A stretch of DNA of 64,000 nucleotides, from positions 74,938 through 138,937 of the forward strand of contig MDLE01000006.1 of the NCBI GenBank assembly GCA_001730065.1, written 5' to 3'. The notes beneath the pieces are model-generated. The model did no database searches. It saw only the letters and a list, made by a program, of their open reading frames with translations, and was not told the origin of the DNA. Positions within the stretch are counted from its first letter, which is position 1. Each line of letters starts with the position of its first letter. Below, piece by piece: positions 1 through 11,223 of the stretch. Position numbers and translations under genes: made by a program. Origin of the DNA: Rickettsiales bacterium (ex Bugula neritina AB1) (GTDB taxonomy: Bacteria; Pseudomonadota; Alphaproteobacteria; CAJXXZ01; UBA1459).

Positions 1-150
1 ATTGAAGAAAAAAATATACAAATAAAATGTAAAAATTTAAAACAAAAACAATATATTTTTGAAGAAATATTTAAATTATTTAAGGAAAAATATGATATTA
101 AAGAAGACAAGAATATTATTCTTTTAGAGGAAAAAAAATCTTTAGAATAA
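1..150 (+). CDS. 3' end of a CDS that begins upstream of the window; product unknown
   Basis: Frame 1 is open from base 1 to TAA at 148-150 (...KEKYDIKEDKNIILLEEKKSLE*). No recognisable motif. Confidence 0.3.
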   Translation: MEEKNIQIKCKNLKQKQYIFEEIFKLFKEKYDIKEDKNIILLEEKKSLE

Positions 151-153
151 TAA

Positions 154-2022
154 TTAATTATATGTTTTCCATCTAGAAATAATATCATATAGAGTGTTTT
201 TTTGAATATTTAAACCTTTTCCAAAAACATGTAAATATTGTTTTGAACGTGTTACTGCTACATAATAAAGATTTTGTTTTTCCTGTAAATTAAAATAATT
301 ATTATCAATATAATATTCTTTTATAAATGGAAGACCTTTATAAACAAAATATTTATCTTTTAAATTACAGGAGTTAGCATTTAGTATTATAACAACATCC
401 GATTCCATTCCTTTAGCGGTATGAATTGTAGATAAAAACACATTACCTTCTTTATTAAAGACTATATTACCATCAAGAAAATGAAGAATATTATAAATAT
501 TTGGAAGAACATATAAGGTATTTTTCAAATTATGAATAAAGTATATCCAATCTTGACCATATTTTTTGATGATATTTTTATTTAAAATAGAACTTTCAAG
601 GATATCTAAAAAATTTTTTACATTATTCTTATTTTCTTTTAAATTTTTTAAAGTAACTATTTCTAATTTATTTATATATTTCTTAAATACTTCTTCCCAT
701 AAAGTTCCCATTCTTTGTTTACATAGATTATAAAAATCTGGTTCTTGAATATGAAAAAACCCTCCCATTAAAAAATTAGCCATATATTCGTCTTTTTCTG
801 TAATAATAAGCAAAATTAAAGAACGCATATCTATTATCATATTTGTTTTAGAAGAAATTTTTTTATTAATTTTAACAGAAATATTTTCTCCTTCTAACTC
901 ATCTTCTAAAAGATTTACAAGAGTATTACGTTTTTCAAATAATACTAATACAGATAGATTTTTATTTAAGTTATATTTAATAGTATCTGTAATTTTTTTT
1001 ACTAATATTACACTATTATCAACAAGGGGATTTAAATATATTTTTGTATCATATTTTTCTATAGACGTATGTGATCTAGAAAAATTTTTATTTATAAACT
1101 TTAATAATTCACCTCCAAATCTATAAGTTTTATTTTGATTTATAATATCAATAGGTTTATTATATTTGTTAGATAATTTTTCTATAAAATTAAGAAATTT
1201 GATATATCCATCAGTACTAGTACCTTGAAAACTAAAGATACTTTGATAAATATCTCCTACTATTATTATTTCTCCCGTATCTTTATATACAAATTCTTCT
1301 GCTATAGCAGATATAATTTGAAACTGCAAAGAAGATAAATCTTGTCCTTCGTCTAAAAAAATATAATCATATTTATTTAAAACATTTTCAACAAATATTT
1401 GTATATTTTTAATAGTATATAGAATAATATGGTGAAAAGTATACATTTTATTTATATCTCTACGATCTTCAATTTTTAATAATAATTTTAAGTATTCTAA
1501 ATTAATACCTTGATTCATATAATTTAGTTTTTCTAGTATTTTATTACGATATAATAACCATTCTTCATCATTTGGAAAAAAATCATTTCTTTTTTTTAAT
1601 TTTTTACTTCCCGTAAAATATTTACTTTCTAATTTTATTTTTTTACTATCATCACTATAGAAAAAAATTTCATTTAAAATTTCACAATAGGTTTGAAAAT
1701 TAAAAGGCGTATATGGTAAAACATGATTGTAAAAATTTTCAAAATCCTCATCTATTTCCATATCATAACTTAAATTATCTAAATTATTTTTTTCAGAAAA
1801 ATTATAAGGAAAATCAATATTATTTAAACAAAATTCATGAAAAGTATATATACTAATAGGTATATTAATACGTTGTTTAATTTCATTTACACAACTATTT
1901 GTATAAGTAATAATAAGAATTTTATTAGCGGGTACTTGTAAAGTATCTATTAAATTTTTTACTCTTTTTACGATATAAGTAGTTTTTCCAGCTCCTGCTA
2001 CAGAGTTCATAACCGTAAACAT
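154..2022 (-). CDS. UvrD/Rep/PcrA-family superfamily-1 DNA helicase
   Basis: Walker A AGAGKTT near the N-terminus. Also ITYTNSCVNEIKQR (motif Ia), FLDEGQDLS (DExx), VGDIYQSIFSFQG (motif III), STIHTAKGMESD and YVAVTRSK (motifs V/VI). Confidence 0.85.
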   Translation of the reverse strand: MFTVMNSVAGAGKTTYIVKRVKNLIDTLQVPANKILIITYTNSCVNEIKQRINIPISIYTFHEFCLNNIDFPYNFSEKNNLDNLSYDMEIDEDFENFYNHVLPYTPFNFQTYCEILNEIFFYSDDSKKIKLESKYFTGSKKLKKRNDFFPNDEEWLLYRNKILEKLNYMNQGINLEYLKLLLKIEDRRDINKMYTFHHIILYTIKNIQIFVENVLNKYDYIFLDEGQDLSSLQFQIISAIAEEFVYKDTGEIIIVGDIYQSIFSFQGTSTDGYIKFLNFIEKLSNKYNKPIDIINQNKTYRFGGELLKFINKNFSRSHTSIEKYDTKIYLNPLVDNSVILVKKITDTIKYNLNKNLSVLVLFEKRNTLVNLLEDELEGENISVKINKKISSKTNMIIDMRSLILLIITEKDEYMANFLMGGFFHIQEPDFYNLCKQRMGTLWEEVFKKYINKLEIVTLKNLKENKNNVKNFLDILESSILNKNIIKKYGQDWIYFIHNLKNTLYVLPNIYNILHFLDGNIVFNKEGNVFLSTIHTAKGMESDVVIILNANSCNLKDKYFVYKGLPFIKEYYIDNNYFNLQEKQNLYYVAVTRSKQYLHVFGKGLNIQKNTLYDIISRWKTYN

Positions 2023-2121
2023 ATATTAAATTTATTATAAAATATAAAATTTTTTTAATAAAATAAAAAAATTATTTATAATTATTGAAAAATATATTTA
2101 AAATATGATATAGAAATAATT

Positions 2122-2772
2122 ATGATAATAAGAATAAAAATATTTTCTTTGTTCCTCTTAGGAACAATTTTTGTTTTTTCCAATAAAACTATCTATTTAG
2201 AATCCTTAGAGGATTTACAAGATTGTTTAGATAAAAATAAAATTAATGATACAAATACAGCAATAATCTTAAATACAAAATGTTTTATAAGTTCAAAAGA
2301 AAAAAATAATAATTATTTTGAAAAACAAAAAATGAAAAAAAAAATGAATGTGGAAGAATACTATAATAGTGTAGAAAAAATGAATGAAGCTATTAATTAT
2401 GATTTTCTAGACACAAATATGAGTAATATTTTAGTAAATTTATCAAAAAAATATTCCTTATATATTCTCCATCGAGGTCCTTTTCAAAAAAAACTCCAAA
2501 AATTATTAGAGATATTTAATAAAACTCAAAATAAAGAAACTATTTTAGAAGTAGATGGTTATAAAAACCCTATTTTAAAAGATAATATTCTATATACATT
2601 TTTTAAACAAGATAGTCTTGTGATTTTTTTATTTTTTTTATATGTTTTAAAAAAACAAAATATAAAAAAGATTTATTATATTACATATTTTCAACGTAAA
2701 AAAAAAGATGATTTTTCTTTGTTTTTCCAAGATAAAGATTTAGAAATTATTTGTATATATATACATTATTAA
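2122..2772 (+). CDS. hypothetical protein with N-terminal signal peptide/TM segment
   Basis: 216-aa ORF. Hydrophobic N-terminus IFSLFLLGTIFVFS and a second hydrophobic stretch near the C-terminus. No recognisable family. Its stop overlaps the glyQ stop convergently. Confidence 0.4.
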   Translation: MIIRIKIFSLFLLGTIFVFSNKTIYLESLEDLQDCLDKNKINDTNTAIILNTKCFISSKEKNNNYFEKQKMKKKMNVEEYYNSVEKMNEAINYDFLDTNMSNILVNLSKKYSLYILHRGPFQKKLQKLLEIFNKTQNKETILEVDGYKNPILKDNILYTFFKQDSLVIFLFFLYVLKKQNIKKIYYITYFQRKKKDDFSLFFQDKDLEIICIYIHY

Positions 2773-3614
2773 TCAATAAAGTTTTTTTCATTTAATTGAA
2801 AAGATTTTCCAATTTTATTACATAACTTACGCATAGAATTCATGACATCTTGACGTTTAATTTGAGAAATCAATTGTTTGGCTATTAATAAATTTAAATT
2901 ATATCCTAGTTTTAATAATAATTCATATGCAGGAAAGTATAAGTTTTTTTTAATCAAATTCTCAATAATTATCGTATATTTCCTATGATTTTTTTCTAAA
3001 TAAGGATTTTCTAAATAATAATAAGACATTTGTTCCTCATATGTGATACATAAATTCTTATAATAATAATTATTATTATAAGGAATAGTAAAAAAACTTT
3101 TTTGATTATTCAAAATCATATACAAACGTTCTAAACCATAAGCAAGTTCTATAGCCGTTTCTTTCATAGGAATATCTCCTATCTTTTGAAGAAAAGTAAA
3201 CTGCATTACTTCCATACCATTGATCCATACCTCCCAACCTACTCCAAAAGCACCAATAGAAATACTTTGCCAGTCATTTTCCACAAATTGTATATCGTTT
3301 TTTTTTAAATTAAATCCTATATATTCTAAAGACTCAAGATAAATATCTTTTATGTTAATAGGAAAAGGTTTCATAAAAACTTGAAATTGATGATGTTTTA
3401 AAGTTCTTGTAGGACTTAAACCAAATTTACAATCATGAGGACGACGAGAAGGTTGATAATAAGAAGCTTTGAAACTTTTAGAGCTTAAACTACCAAAAAA
3501 ACAAAAAGGATGATAAGTGGCGGCACCCATTTCTATATCATAATTAAATATTTCATAAACGGAATATTTTTCCCAAAATTCTTGAAGTTTATTTTTTAAG
3601 CTAATTAATGTCAT
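2769..3614 (-). CDS. glyQ: glycine--tRNA ligase alpha subunit
   Basis: Near full-length match to the GlyQ signature: FWEKY..., GAATYHP, YYQPSRRP, HHQFQV, GWEVW.NGMEV.QFT. Confidence 0.95.
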   Translation of the reverse strand: MTLISLKNKLQEFWEKYSVYEIFNYDIEMGAATYHPFCFFGSLSSKSFKASYYQPSRRPHDCKFGLSPTRTLKHHQFQVFMKPFPINIKDIYLESLEYIGFNLKKNDIQFVENDWQSISIGAFGVGWEVWINGMEVMQFTFLQKIGDIPMKETAIELAYGLERLYMILNNQKSFFTIPYNNNYYYKNLCITYEEQMSYYYLENPYLEKNHRKYTIIIENLIKKNLYFPAYELLLKLGYNLNLLIAKQLISQIKRQDVMNSMRKLCNKIGKSFQLNEKNFID

Positions 3615-3640
3615 TTTTTATGAAATTATAACACATATTT

Positions 3641-4216
3641 TTATTTAATAGGTTTTACACAAATATCTCTAATAACTATATAATAACCATCATAAAATAA
3701 AATCATAAAAATTATTTTTTTACTTATATTAGTACAAAAAACTATTTTAACATTAAAATTTTCAAAAAGAAATAACTTTACATCTTCTTTTACAAAAGGT
3801 ATTTGTTGAATATTGAAGTATTTTTTAAACTTTATTTTTTGAAAAATATCAAAAATAATATTTTGACTTATTACTCCATAACTTTTTGATAAATAAGGAA
3901 AATTTTTTTGCTTTACTTTAAAAAAAAAATCCATATTTTTATTTATTAAATTTAACTTATATTTCATATTTTCCAAAAAAATTTTTTTATTTTCCCTAGA
4001 TATATTTAAAGTGATTTTATTATTTTTAGAAAAATTGTTCTCAAGAATTTCTAAATAATTTTTTTGGAATTCACCTGTACCTTCTTCAGATATATATCCT
4101 TCTATATTAATTTCTTCACATCTATTAAATAAATTTTCATAAAAATTTATTTCTTTATAAGATTCCGTAGAAATAAAATTATTGAATATTACAAGTATTA
4201 GGTGTATTATTTTCAT
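3641..4216 (-). CDS. hypothetical secreted protein
   Basis: The ORF track gives 3641..4255. The internal Met at 4216 begins a typical signal peptide (MKIIHLILVIFNNFIS) and shortens the overlap with the upstream gene. No recognisable family. Confidence 0.4.
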   Translation of the reverse strand: MKIIHLILVIFNNFISTESYKEINFYENLFNRCEEINIEGYISEEGTGEFQKNYLEILENNFSKNNKITLNISRENKKIFLENMKYKLNLINKNMDFFFKVKQKNFPYLSKSYGVISQNIIFDIFQKIKFKKYFNIQQIPFVKEDVKLFLFENFNVKIVFCTNISKKIIFMILFYDGYYIVIRDICVKPIK

Positions 4217-4616
4217 AATTTTTAATTGTTTCTTTAATATTATTTGAAAAGGCATTTACCCAATCAACAATATTGTAACCACTAAAACCATAGCTTGTAT
4301 AAATACATTCAGAATTTTTATCAAAATGAAATGCTATTAAAAAAAAAGCAGGAATTTTTGTTACTTCTTTTATATTAACAGAATAAAAAAAATCTTCTGC
4401 ATTATCATTATTATCAATAGAAATCATATAAATTTTATCTTTAACTTCTTGATTGATTTTATCCATTAATTGATGAAGAGGAGAAGGATTACCTGATTCT
4501 AAAGCCCTACAAGGAGGACAGTAGTCAGCTCCTACTTTACACAAAATATATTTTTTACCACTTTCATAAATTTCTTTAATTTTTTCTCTAGAAAATCTAC
4601 ATATGTAATCACTCAT
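4179..4616 (-). CDS. thioredoxin-fold protein with CPPC redox motif (cytoplasmic form)
   Basis: ILCKVGADYCPPCRAL followed by ...TKIPAFFLI..., which gives the spacing expected for the CxxC and cis-Pro loop of a thioredoxin fold. Paralogous to 31922..32563. Confidence 0.55.
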   Translation of the reverse strand: MSDYICRFSREKIKEIYESGKKYILCKVGADYCPPCRALESGNPSPLHQLMDKINQEVKDKIYMISIDNNDNAEDFFYSVNIKEVTKIPAFFLIAFHFDKNSECIYTSYGFSGYNIVDWVNAFSNNIKETIKNYENNTPNTCNIQ

Positions 4617-4695
4617 ATTATATTTATTATACTATATATTTAAATATAGAAAAATATATTTATCTATAATAATGAAAATATGTTATTCTCTTTAA

Positions 4696-6003
4696 ATGAA
4701 TTATAAACACATACATTTTATAGGTATTAGTGGTATTTCTATGAGTGCTATAGGAGAATTTACAAAAATTATTTATCCAAATATTACTATAACTGGATCC
4801 ACTAATGATAAAGAATTTAAATTAAATGATATTGAAATTAATTTACATAACAAAAATAATATTACAAAAAATATAGATTTAATAGTTTATAGTTCTGCTA
4901 TTTCTAAAAATAACGAAGAAATAATAGAAGGAAAAAAACAAAAAATTCCTTTAATAAAACGTTGTAAGTTTTTAAATTTAATTACAAAAAAAGGTACAAG
5001 AGTTTTAATAACTGGTTCTAGAGGTAAAACATCTACTACTACTTTTCTTTGGCAATTTCTTAAAGATCTTAATCCTTCTTTATTTGTAGGAGCAGAAATT
5101 GGTACTTTAAATAAAGCTTTTTTTAAAGGTAAAAATGATTTATTTATTGTAGAAGGAGATGAATCAGATGCTAGTATTTTACATTTACCTTCTAAATATA
5201 CAATAATTACGAATTTAGGGAATGATCATTTAGAAAATTATAAAGATTCTTATGAAGAATATCTTGCATGTTTTAAAAAATATTTATTAAAGATTAAAAA
5301 AATTAAAGATCATCTAATTATTTATTTTGGAGATGATAAAATACTAGATAATTTAGTAAAAAGTATTAAAGGTTTAAAGGGAATTTCTTATGGTATAAAT
5401 AAATATAATGATATAATAATAAATATTTTAGAAGAAAAATTTAATTATCTTAAATGGCAAATTAATCAAGATATATTTTCCGTAAATATATCTGGTATTT
5501 TTAATACTTTAAATATTACTGCTGCTATAACTTTATCAAATATTTTTAATATTAAAGTTAATAATAATATTATCCTTGAAAAACCTAAAAGACGTATGGA
5601 GTATTATCAAAAAAATAATAGGATTATTATTGATGATTATGGTGTACAACCTATAGCTATAAAATTAGTAATGAAAACCGTTTTTAAATTTTTTAAAAAA
5701 AAAGATATAAATATTTGGTGGGAACCTCATAGATCTACAAGAGTTAATAGATTTATTAAAGATTTTAAAAAAATTTTTAATAATACCAATATATTTATTG
5801 CCCCTTTATATGAACCACAAATGACAAATGAATACAACAAATCTATTGAGAATCTACAAAAATATTTTAATTATAATAAAAATGTTATTTCTTATGATAA
5901 TTTAGAAAACATTTTTAAAGAAAACTCTAAAAATAAAATTACCTTAATATTTAGTGCAGGAATACTTTCTAAAAAAATTATAAATATTTTTAATAAAATT
6001 TAA
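4696..6003 (+). CDS. murC: UDP-N-acetylmuramate--L-alanine ligase
   Basis: HFIGISGISMSAIGE N-terminal Rossmann motif, GSRGKTSTT P-loop and DESDAS motif typical of MurC. Confidence 0.9.
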   Translation: MNYKHIHFIGISGISMSAIGEFTKIIYPNITITGSTNDKEFKLNDIEINLHNKNNITKNIDLIVYSSAISKNNEEIIEGKKQKIPLIKRCKFLNLITKKGTRVLITGSRGKTSTTTFLWQFLKDLNPSLFVGAEIGTLNKAFFKGKNDLFIVEGDESDASILHLPSKYTIITNLGNDHLENYKDSYEEYLACFKKYLLKIKKIKDHLIIYFGDDKILDNLVKSIKGLKGISYGINKYNDIIINILEEKFNYLKWQINQDIFSVNISGIFNTLNITAAITLSNIFNIKVNNNIILEKPKRRMEYYQKNNRIIIDDYGVQPIAIKLVMKTVFKFFKKKDINIWWEPHRSTRVNRFIKDFKKIFNNTNIFIAPLYEPQMTNEYNKSIENLQKYFNYNKNVISYDNLENIFKENSKNKITLIFSAGILSKKIINIFNKI

Positions 6004-8279
6004 ATACCTAAAATTTTTTTTGCTTCATCAATGTTTTCTACAAAATTAACATTAATATCTTTAATGGAACTATCTTCTTTAAGAATTAATTCATAATGTT
6101 CTTTATTTTCTAATGGTAAAATAACTTCTTTAATACCATAATTAATCGCTCCCAACAATTTTTCTTTAATACCACCAATTTTCATTATTTCACCACTTAA
6201 ATTGATTTCTCCTGTCATAGCAAAAGTTTTAAGAACTTTATTAGTAAGTGTAGATAAAATACTAAAATACAGTGCCATACCTGCAGATGGTCCATTTTTT
6301 GGTATAGCACCTTCTGGTAAATTTAAGTGTAAAATATGATTTTCAAAAAAATCTTTTTCTATGTTGTATAAAGAAGCATGTTTACGTACTAAACTATAAG
6401 CAATATGAGCACTTTCTTTCATAACACTTCCTAAGTTACCAGTAATTTGAAAAAAAGATTTACTAGATGGTATAAAAGAAGATTCGATTATTAGAATATC
6501 ACCGCCCCCAAGACTCCAAGATAAACCAATACTTTTTCCTACGGATAATTTAGGTGGTTTAAAATCAATAGGTACTTCATCAATAAATTTATTTATATCT
6601 TTTTTTTTTATTTTAAGGGATTTTTTCTTTTCTTTTATAAGTAAAAAAATAGCTTTTTCTAAAATACTTTTTAGTTTTTTAGATAAATTTCTAACACCTA
6701 ACTCTCTCGTATAATATTTTATTAATCCTTCAATAAAATCTTCTTGAATTTCTACTTCGTTATTATTTATACCATATTGTTTATACATTTCTGGTAATAA
6801 AAATTCTTTTGTAATATGTTTTTTTTCCTTTAAAGAATAACCATCAATAAAAATAATTTCCATACGTGATAAAATATACATAGGAATATTTTCAAGAGTA
6901 TTAGCCGTAAAAACAAACATTGCATTACTAATATCATAAGGAATATTTAAGTAATGATCCGTAAAACTATTATTTTGAGTTTCATCAATCAAAGCAGTAA
7001 TAACCTTTAAAGGATCATTATAGGCGTTACGATTAATTTTATCTAATTCATCCATTTGAATTAATGGATTAGATACGTCTGTTTTTAATAACGCATCTAC
7101 GATCATACCCGGTAATGCACCTACAAAAGTACGACGATGTCCTACTAAATCAGAACTATCACTTATACCTGTGAGAGATATAAAATGAAATTTTCTATTA
7201 AGACATTCTCCAATACTTTTACAAATAGAGGTTTTACCTACACCAGGTGGTCCCACTAATAATAAAATTTTTGGTGGTATTTTGTTTTTTATATCCTTAT
7301 TTTTTATTACAGTTGCCATATAATGAAGAATTTTATCTTTTACGGTTTTTAATCCATAGTGGTGTTGATTAAGAATTTTTTCTCCTTTAATAAGATTAAC
7401 ATCATTAATATTTGTGTATTTACCCCATGGTAAAGAAAGAACTGTTTTGAGATAATTATAGGAAATACTATACTCATTAGAAGATAATGGTAATGTTTTC
7501 ATTTTATAAAATTCTTTCATTAAGCTTTTTTTGATATTTTCAGGTATATTTATATTTTCTTCAATAAGTGTATCTATTTCTTCGTTTTCTATATATTTAT
7601 TATGTTTTTTAATTTCTTCCTGAATAATTTTTAATTTTTCCTGTAATAAAAAATTTCTATGTTGTTTTTCAATAGATTCTTTTACTAAAATATTAATTTC
7701 CTCTTCAAGAGTAAATTTTAACTTTTCATCTAAATTATATAAAAAATTTTTTAATGTTTTTAAAATATCTTGAGAATCAAGAAAACTTTTACGAATATTA
7801 TGATTATTCAAAAAAGCACCTATTTTATAAAAGAAATCAATGGGGTTTAAACAAAAAAAACTATATACATCTATATTATTATCTTTTAGGGCAATATATT
7901 TACAAATTTTACTTCTTATTACATCAAACTCAATGAATTGGAAAGGTTTTATTTCTAATGTATCTTTTTTAAAATTACAGGTTAATATGTCTTTATTTTT
8001 CTCAGAATCTGTAATTAATACTCTTTCTATGCCTTTAAAACGTATAGTACATATTTCAGTACTAATATTTATAATTTTACTTTTACATCTAACACCATAC
8101 TTACCATTAATTATTTCAAAATTTTTAAGTAAAACTTCTTGAAAATTAATATTATTTAAAAAAGGTAAAATTATTACTTCTTTAATACTGTTTAAACTAT
8201 TTACAAAATCTACAGGTAATTCTATTGTTAGATTTTCATTTGGTAAAATACACTTATTAAATATTGGTATTAATATCAT
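6000..8279 (-). CDS. lon: ATP-dependent Lon protease
   Basis: GPPGVGKTS Walker A, DELDK Walker B region, protease-domain PKNGPSAGMA with the catalytic Ser. Lies directly downstream of clpX with a 4-nt overlap. Confidence 0.95.
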   Translation of the reverse strand: MILIPIFNKCILPNENLTIELPVDFVNSLNSIKEVIILPFLNNINFQEVLLKNFEIINGKYGVRCKSKIINISTEICTIRFKGIERVLITDSEKNKDILTCNFKKDTLEIKPFQFIEFDVIRSKICKYIALKDNNIDVYSFFCLNPIDFFYKIGAFLNNHNIRKSFLDSQDILKTLKNFLYNLDEKLKFTLEEEINILVKESIEKQHRNFLLQEKLKIIQEEIKKHNKYIENEEIDTLIEENINIPENIKKSLMKEFYKMKTLPLSSNEYSISYNYLKTVLSLPWGKYTNINDVNLIKGEKILNQHHYGLKTVKDKILHYMATVIKNKDIKNKIPPKILLLVGPPGVGKTSICKSIGECLNRKFHFISLTGISDSSDLVGHRRTFVGALPGMIVDALLKTDVSNPLIQMDELDKINRNAYNDPLKVITALIDETQNNSFTDHYLNIPYDISNAMFVFTANTLENIPMYILSRMEIIFIDGYSLKEKKHITKEFLLPEMYKQYGINNNEVEIQEDFIEGLIKYYTRELGVRNLSKKLKSILEKAIFLLIKEKKKSLKIKKKDINKFIDEVPIDFKPPKLSVGKSIGLSWSLGGGDILIIESSFIPSSKSFFQITGNLGSVMKESAHIAYSLVRKHASLYNIEKDFFENHILHLNLPEGAIPKNGPSAGMALYFSILSTLTNKVLKTFAMTGEINLSGEIMKIGGIKEKLLGAINYGIKEVILPLENKEHYELILKEDSSIKDINVNFVENIDEAKKILGI

Positions 8280-9583
8280 ATTAAACTTTTTCCTAAATTC
8301 TTTTTATCATTAATAATTTTTTGATTATTATCAAAAACAATTATAGCTTCTTCATTATTTGCAGTTGTTTCATCAAGAGTGATAGTAATTTTTTTCTTTA
8401 TATTTGGTAATTCAAATAAAACATTACGAAAAATTTTATTAAAAATACTACGAATACTTCTTGCACCTGTTTTATCATTATATATTTTATCAGCAATTAT
8501 TTTAATAAATTCATCTTTAACAATTAATTCACTATTATAGTGATAATTTAAAATTAATTTATACTCATCAATTATATTATTTTTCTTTTTTGTTAAAATT
8601 TCTATAATATTATTTTTTGTTAAATTTTTTGTAAATATAATTATTGGTAAACGACCAATAATTTCTGGTATAAATCCAAATTTTATTAAATGCTCTTTTT
8701 TAAAATGAGTAATTACTTCCTCATAATTACTATTTTTATCTAATGATTTATTCACATTAAAACCTATATTTGATCCAAGACTTTTTAATATAATCTTATC
8801 TAATCCTTCAAAAGCACCTGATAAAATAAATAAAATATTTGTAGTATTAACATTAACTACTTCTTGGTGTGTGTTTTTTTTATTATTATTATTAAACAAA
8901 CTTACTTCATTACCTTCTAAAAGTTTTAATATCATTTGTTGTACGGATTCACCACTAATATCTCTTGAGTTATTATCACTTACACGTTTTGCTTTTTTAT
9001 CAAACTCATCAATAACACATATACCCATTTCCGTTTTCTCTAGTGCAGTACTTGGATCAATATTACTATCATAAAAACCAGATTTATTTAATAACTTATT
9101 TATACACTCATCTCCATCATTACCCACATAACCTACTTCCGTAAGTGTGGTTGCGTCCGTAAAAGATATAGGTAAATTTAAAATATTTCCGAGCGTCTCT
9201 AGTAATAAAGTCTTTCCAGATCCTGAAGGACCTATTATTAAAACATTAGATTTTTTAACATTTTTTGATAAATCTTTATTTTTAACACGAATCTGGTGTA
9301 AATAAGCTACTAATGCAATTTCTTTTTTTGCCTCCTCTTGACCTGCAATAACTTCATCTAAAAGATTATATATTTCTTTTGGTGTTAGAGTAGATAAATT
9401 TTTTGGATTCTTTATAAATTCTTCTTGATCATCCTGTAACAAAATAGAATAACAGGTTTCTATACATATATCACAAATTAAACCATCTGCTGATTCTGTT
9501 GCTACTAATTTTTTTACTTCACTCTTGTGTCGTGAACAAAAACAACAATTCTCCATCATTATTTTTATTCTATCATTGTTCAA
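8276..9583 (-). CDS. clpX: ATP-dependent Clp protease ATP-binding subunit ClpX
   Basis: N-terminal C4 zinc finger CCFCSR...ICDICIETC, GPSGSGKTLL Walker A, IDEFDK Walker B, GARSIRS sensor region. Confidence 0.95.
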   Translation of the reverse strand: MNNDRIKIMMENCCFCSRHKSEVKKLVATESADGLICDICIETCYSILLQDDQEEFIKNPKNLSTLTPKEIYNLLDEVIAGQEEAKKEIALVAYLHQIRVKNKDLSKNVKKSNVLIIGPSGSGKTLLLETLGNILNLPISFTDATTLTEVGYVGNDGDECINKLLNKSGFYDSNIDPSTALEKTEMGICVIDEFDKKAKRVSDNNSRDISGESVQQMILKLLEGNEVSLFNNNNKKNTHQEVVNVNTTNILFILSGAFEGLDKIILKSLGSNIGFNVNKSLDKNSNYEEVITHFKKEHLIKFGFIPEIIGRLPIIIFTKNLTKNNIIEILTKKKNNIIDEYKLILNYHYNSELIVKDEFIKIIADKIYNDKTGARSIRSIFNKIFRNVLFELPNIKKKITITLDETTANNEEAIIVFDNNQKIINDKKNLGKSLI

Positions 9584-9695
9584 TTATTTTTCTATCATTA
9601 ATGTATTAAATTTATGTTAAATTAAAAAATAATTTTATTTTTCATTTTAATATCATATATATACATTTTATAGATTTTTATTGTAAAATAAAATC

Positions 9696-10031
9696 CGTAA
9701 GTAGTAGTTTGATGGCGGTTGTAAAACTGAGGAAAGTCGGAACTTCAAAAGGCAAAATACCGCAGAAATTACGGCAGTAGAAATACTAGGGAAAGTACAA
9801 CAGAAAATAAACCGCTATTTTTTAAAAATAGTAAGGGTGAAACAGTGAGGTAAGAGCTCCCTATATTTATTAGTAATAATAAGTATTTGTAAACCCTATT
9901 TGAAGCAAAACCAAGCAGAGTAATGCGTAGCCTTTCGCTTATTTACTCGGGTAGGTTGCAGGAGAAATTTAGTAATAAATTTCCTAGATAAATCATCATT
10001 AAAACAGAATTCCGCTTACTCACTACTTACA
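9696..10031 (+). ncRNA. rnpB: RNase P RNA (bacterial type A, compact)
   Basis: Conserved blocks GAGGAAAGTC (P4 5' strand), GGTAAGAGC, GTAAACCC, AGATAAATCA and ACAGAATTCCGCTTA (P4 3' strand). The terminal P1 helix pairs GTAAGTAGT (9697-9705) with ACTACTTAC (10022-10030). Confidence 0.85.
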
Positions 10032-11220
10032 AAGTTATAGGATTTTGATTTTTTTTATTCATATTTTTAATTAAATGTCTAATGAAGATAATATGACATT
10101 TTTTTTTAATATTTTCTATTTCAGGAATCATAAAATTTGGTATTGATATATTAGAAATTAAATAATTATTAATAGGATTAATGGTTTTATTATTATATAA
10201 ATATACAAGATGTAAATGAGCAGCAGTAGCAGTACCTGAATGACCAATTTTTCCTATACATTGGTTAGTAGACAAAATTTTATCATTTTCTTTAACATAT
10301 ATGCTAGATAAATGACAATAACGAGTAGAATATAATGAATTATGCTCTATTTCTATATATCTACCATAACCAGACTGATTTGATTTGACTACTTTTTTTA
10401 CTACTCCTGGTGCTAAGCTATATAAATTTTCTCCATAAGGTAAACGTATATCTAAACCATCATGCATACGCCATTCATTAAAAACTGGGTGTAATCTCCA
10501 ACCATATTTAGATCCTATTAAAGATTTACTGTTTTTGGCAGGTAATGAATTTGTTATAGAAAGTACATTTCCAGGTATTATATTATTATCATTGTTAATT
10601 ATATATAATATATTATTAGCATAATATATATAAAACATTTCAGATGTATTATTATGAAAAACTACCTGAACAGCTATTATTTTACTATCTTTATAGGCAA
10701 AATTGAATTTTTGAATTTTTATATTATTATTTTTTTTTTGACAATCATACCAAGTATTAATTTGAAAAAATATAGATGATATATCTAAAAATAAATTATC
10801 CTTTAAGGTAGTATTTTGTAAAATATTATTCTTTACATTGCAAGAAATAAATTCTACACCTTCTGGTATTTGTTGTTGATAATCTATTTTTTTTATATTA
10901 ATAGATTCTTTTAATTTATTCTCTTCTTTTATAGATTTATTTATTTTGTAATAAGGTTTTTTTAAAAACAAAAATTTTGGTATAAAAACTTCTAATTTTT
11001 TCAAATATTTTGTTTTAAAAGATATAGATAAACCACCATTACAGAGTTTTTTAAAATTATCTAAATATTTTTTTACAATAGATGTTTTTATAATAGGTGA
11101 ATTATTATAAGTTAAATTAATATCTATTAAATTATCATTATTTGGAATAAGATGTCTTAATACCTTCAATTGATTGCTAGTTTCAGTACTAAAAAAAAAC
11201 AATAAAAATAATCTAAACAT
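10027..11220 (-). CDS. M23/LytM-family peptidoglycan endopeptidase
   Basis: C-terminal HDGLDI ... GYGRYIEIEH ... GHSGTATAAHLHL are the M23 zinc-ligand motifs (HxxxD and HxH). N-terminal signal peptide. Confidence 0.85.
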   Translation of the reverse strand: MFRLFLLFFFSTETSNQLKVLRHLIPNNDNLIDINLTYNNSPIIKTSIVKKYLDNFKKLCNGGLSISFKTKYLKKLEVFIPKFLFLKKPYYKINKSIKEENKLKESINIKKIDYQQQIPEGVEFISCNVKNNILQNTTLKDNLFLDISSIFFQINTWYDCQKKNNNIKIQKFNFAYKDSKIIAVQVVFHNNTSEMFYIYYANNILYIINNDNNIIPGNVLSITNSLPAKNSKSLIGSKYGWRLHPVFNEWRMHDGLDIRLPYGENLYSLAPGVVKKVVKSNQSGYGRYIEIEHNSLYSTRYCHLSSIYVKENDKILSTNQCIGKIGHSGTATAAHLHLVYLYNNKTINPINNYLISNISIPNFMIPEIENIKKKCHIIFIRHLIKNMNKKNQNPITL

Positions 11221-11223
11221 TTT

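Noticed and set aside
7754-8142. ORFs 7754..7936 and 7840..8142 on the plus strand
   Set aside because: They lie entirely antisense within the well-supported lon gene. The translations are low-complexity hydrophobic sequence, as expected from AT-rich antisense frames.
8871-9074. 67-aa plus-strand ORF
   Set aside because: It is antisense inside clpX and has no motif. It is a by-product of the scarcity of stop codons in that frame.
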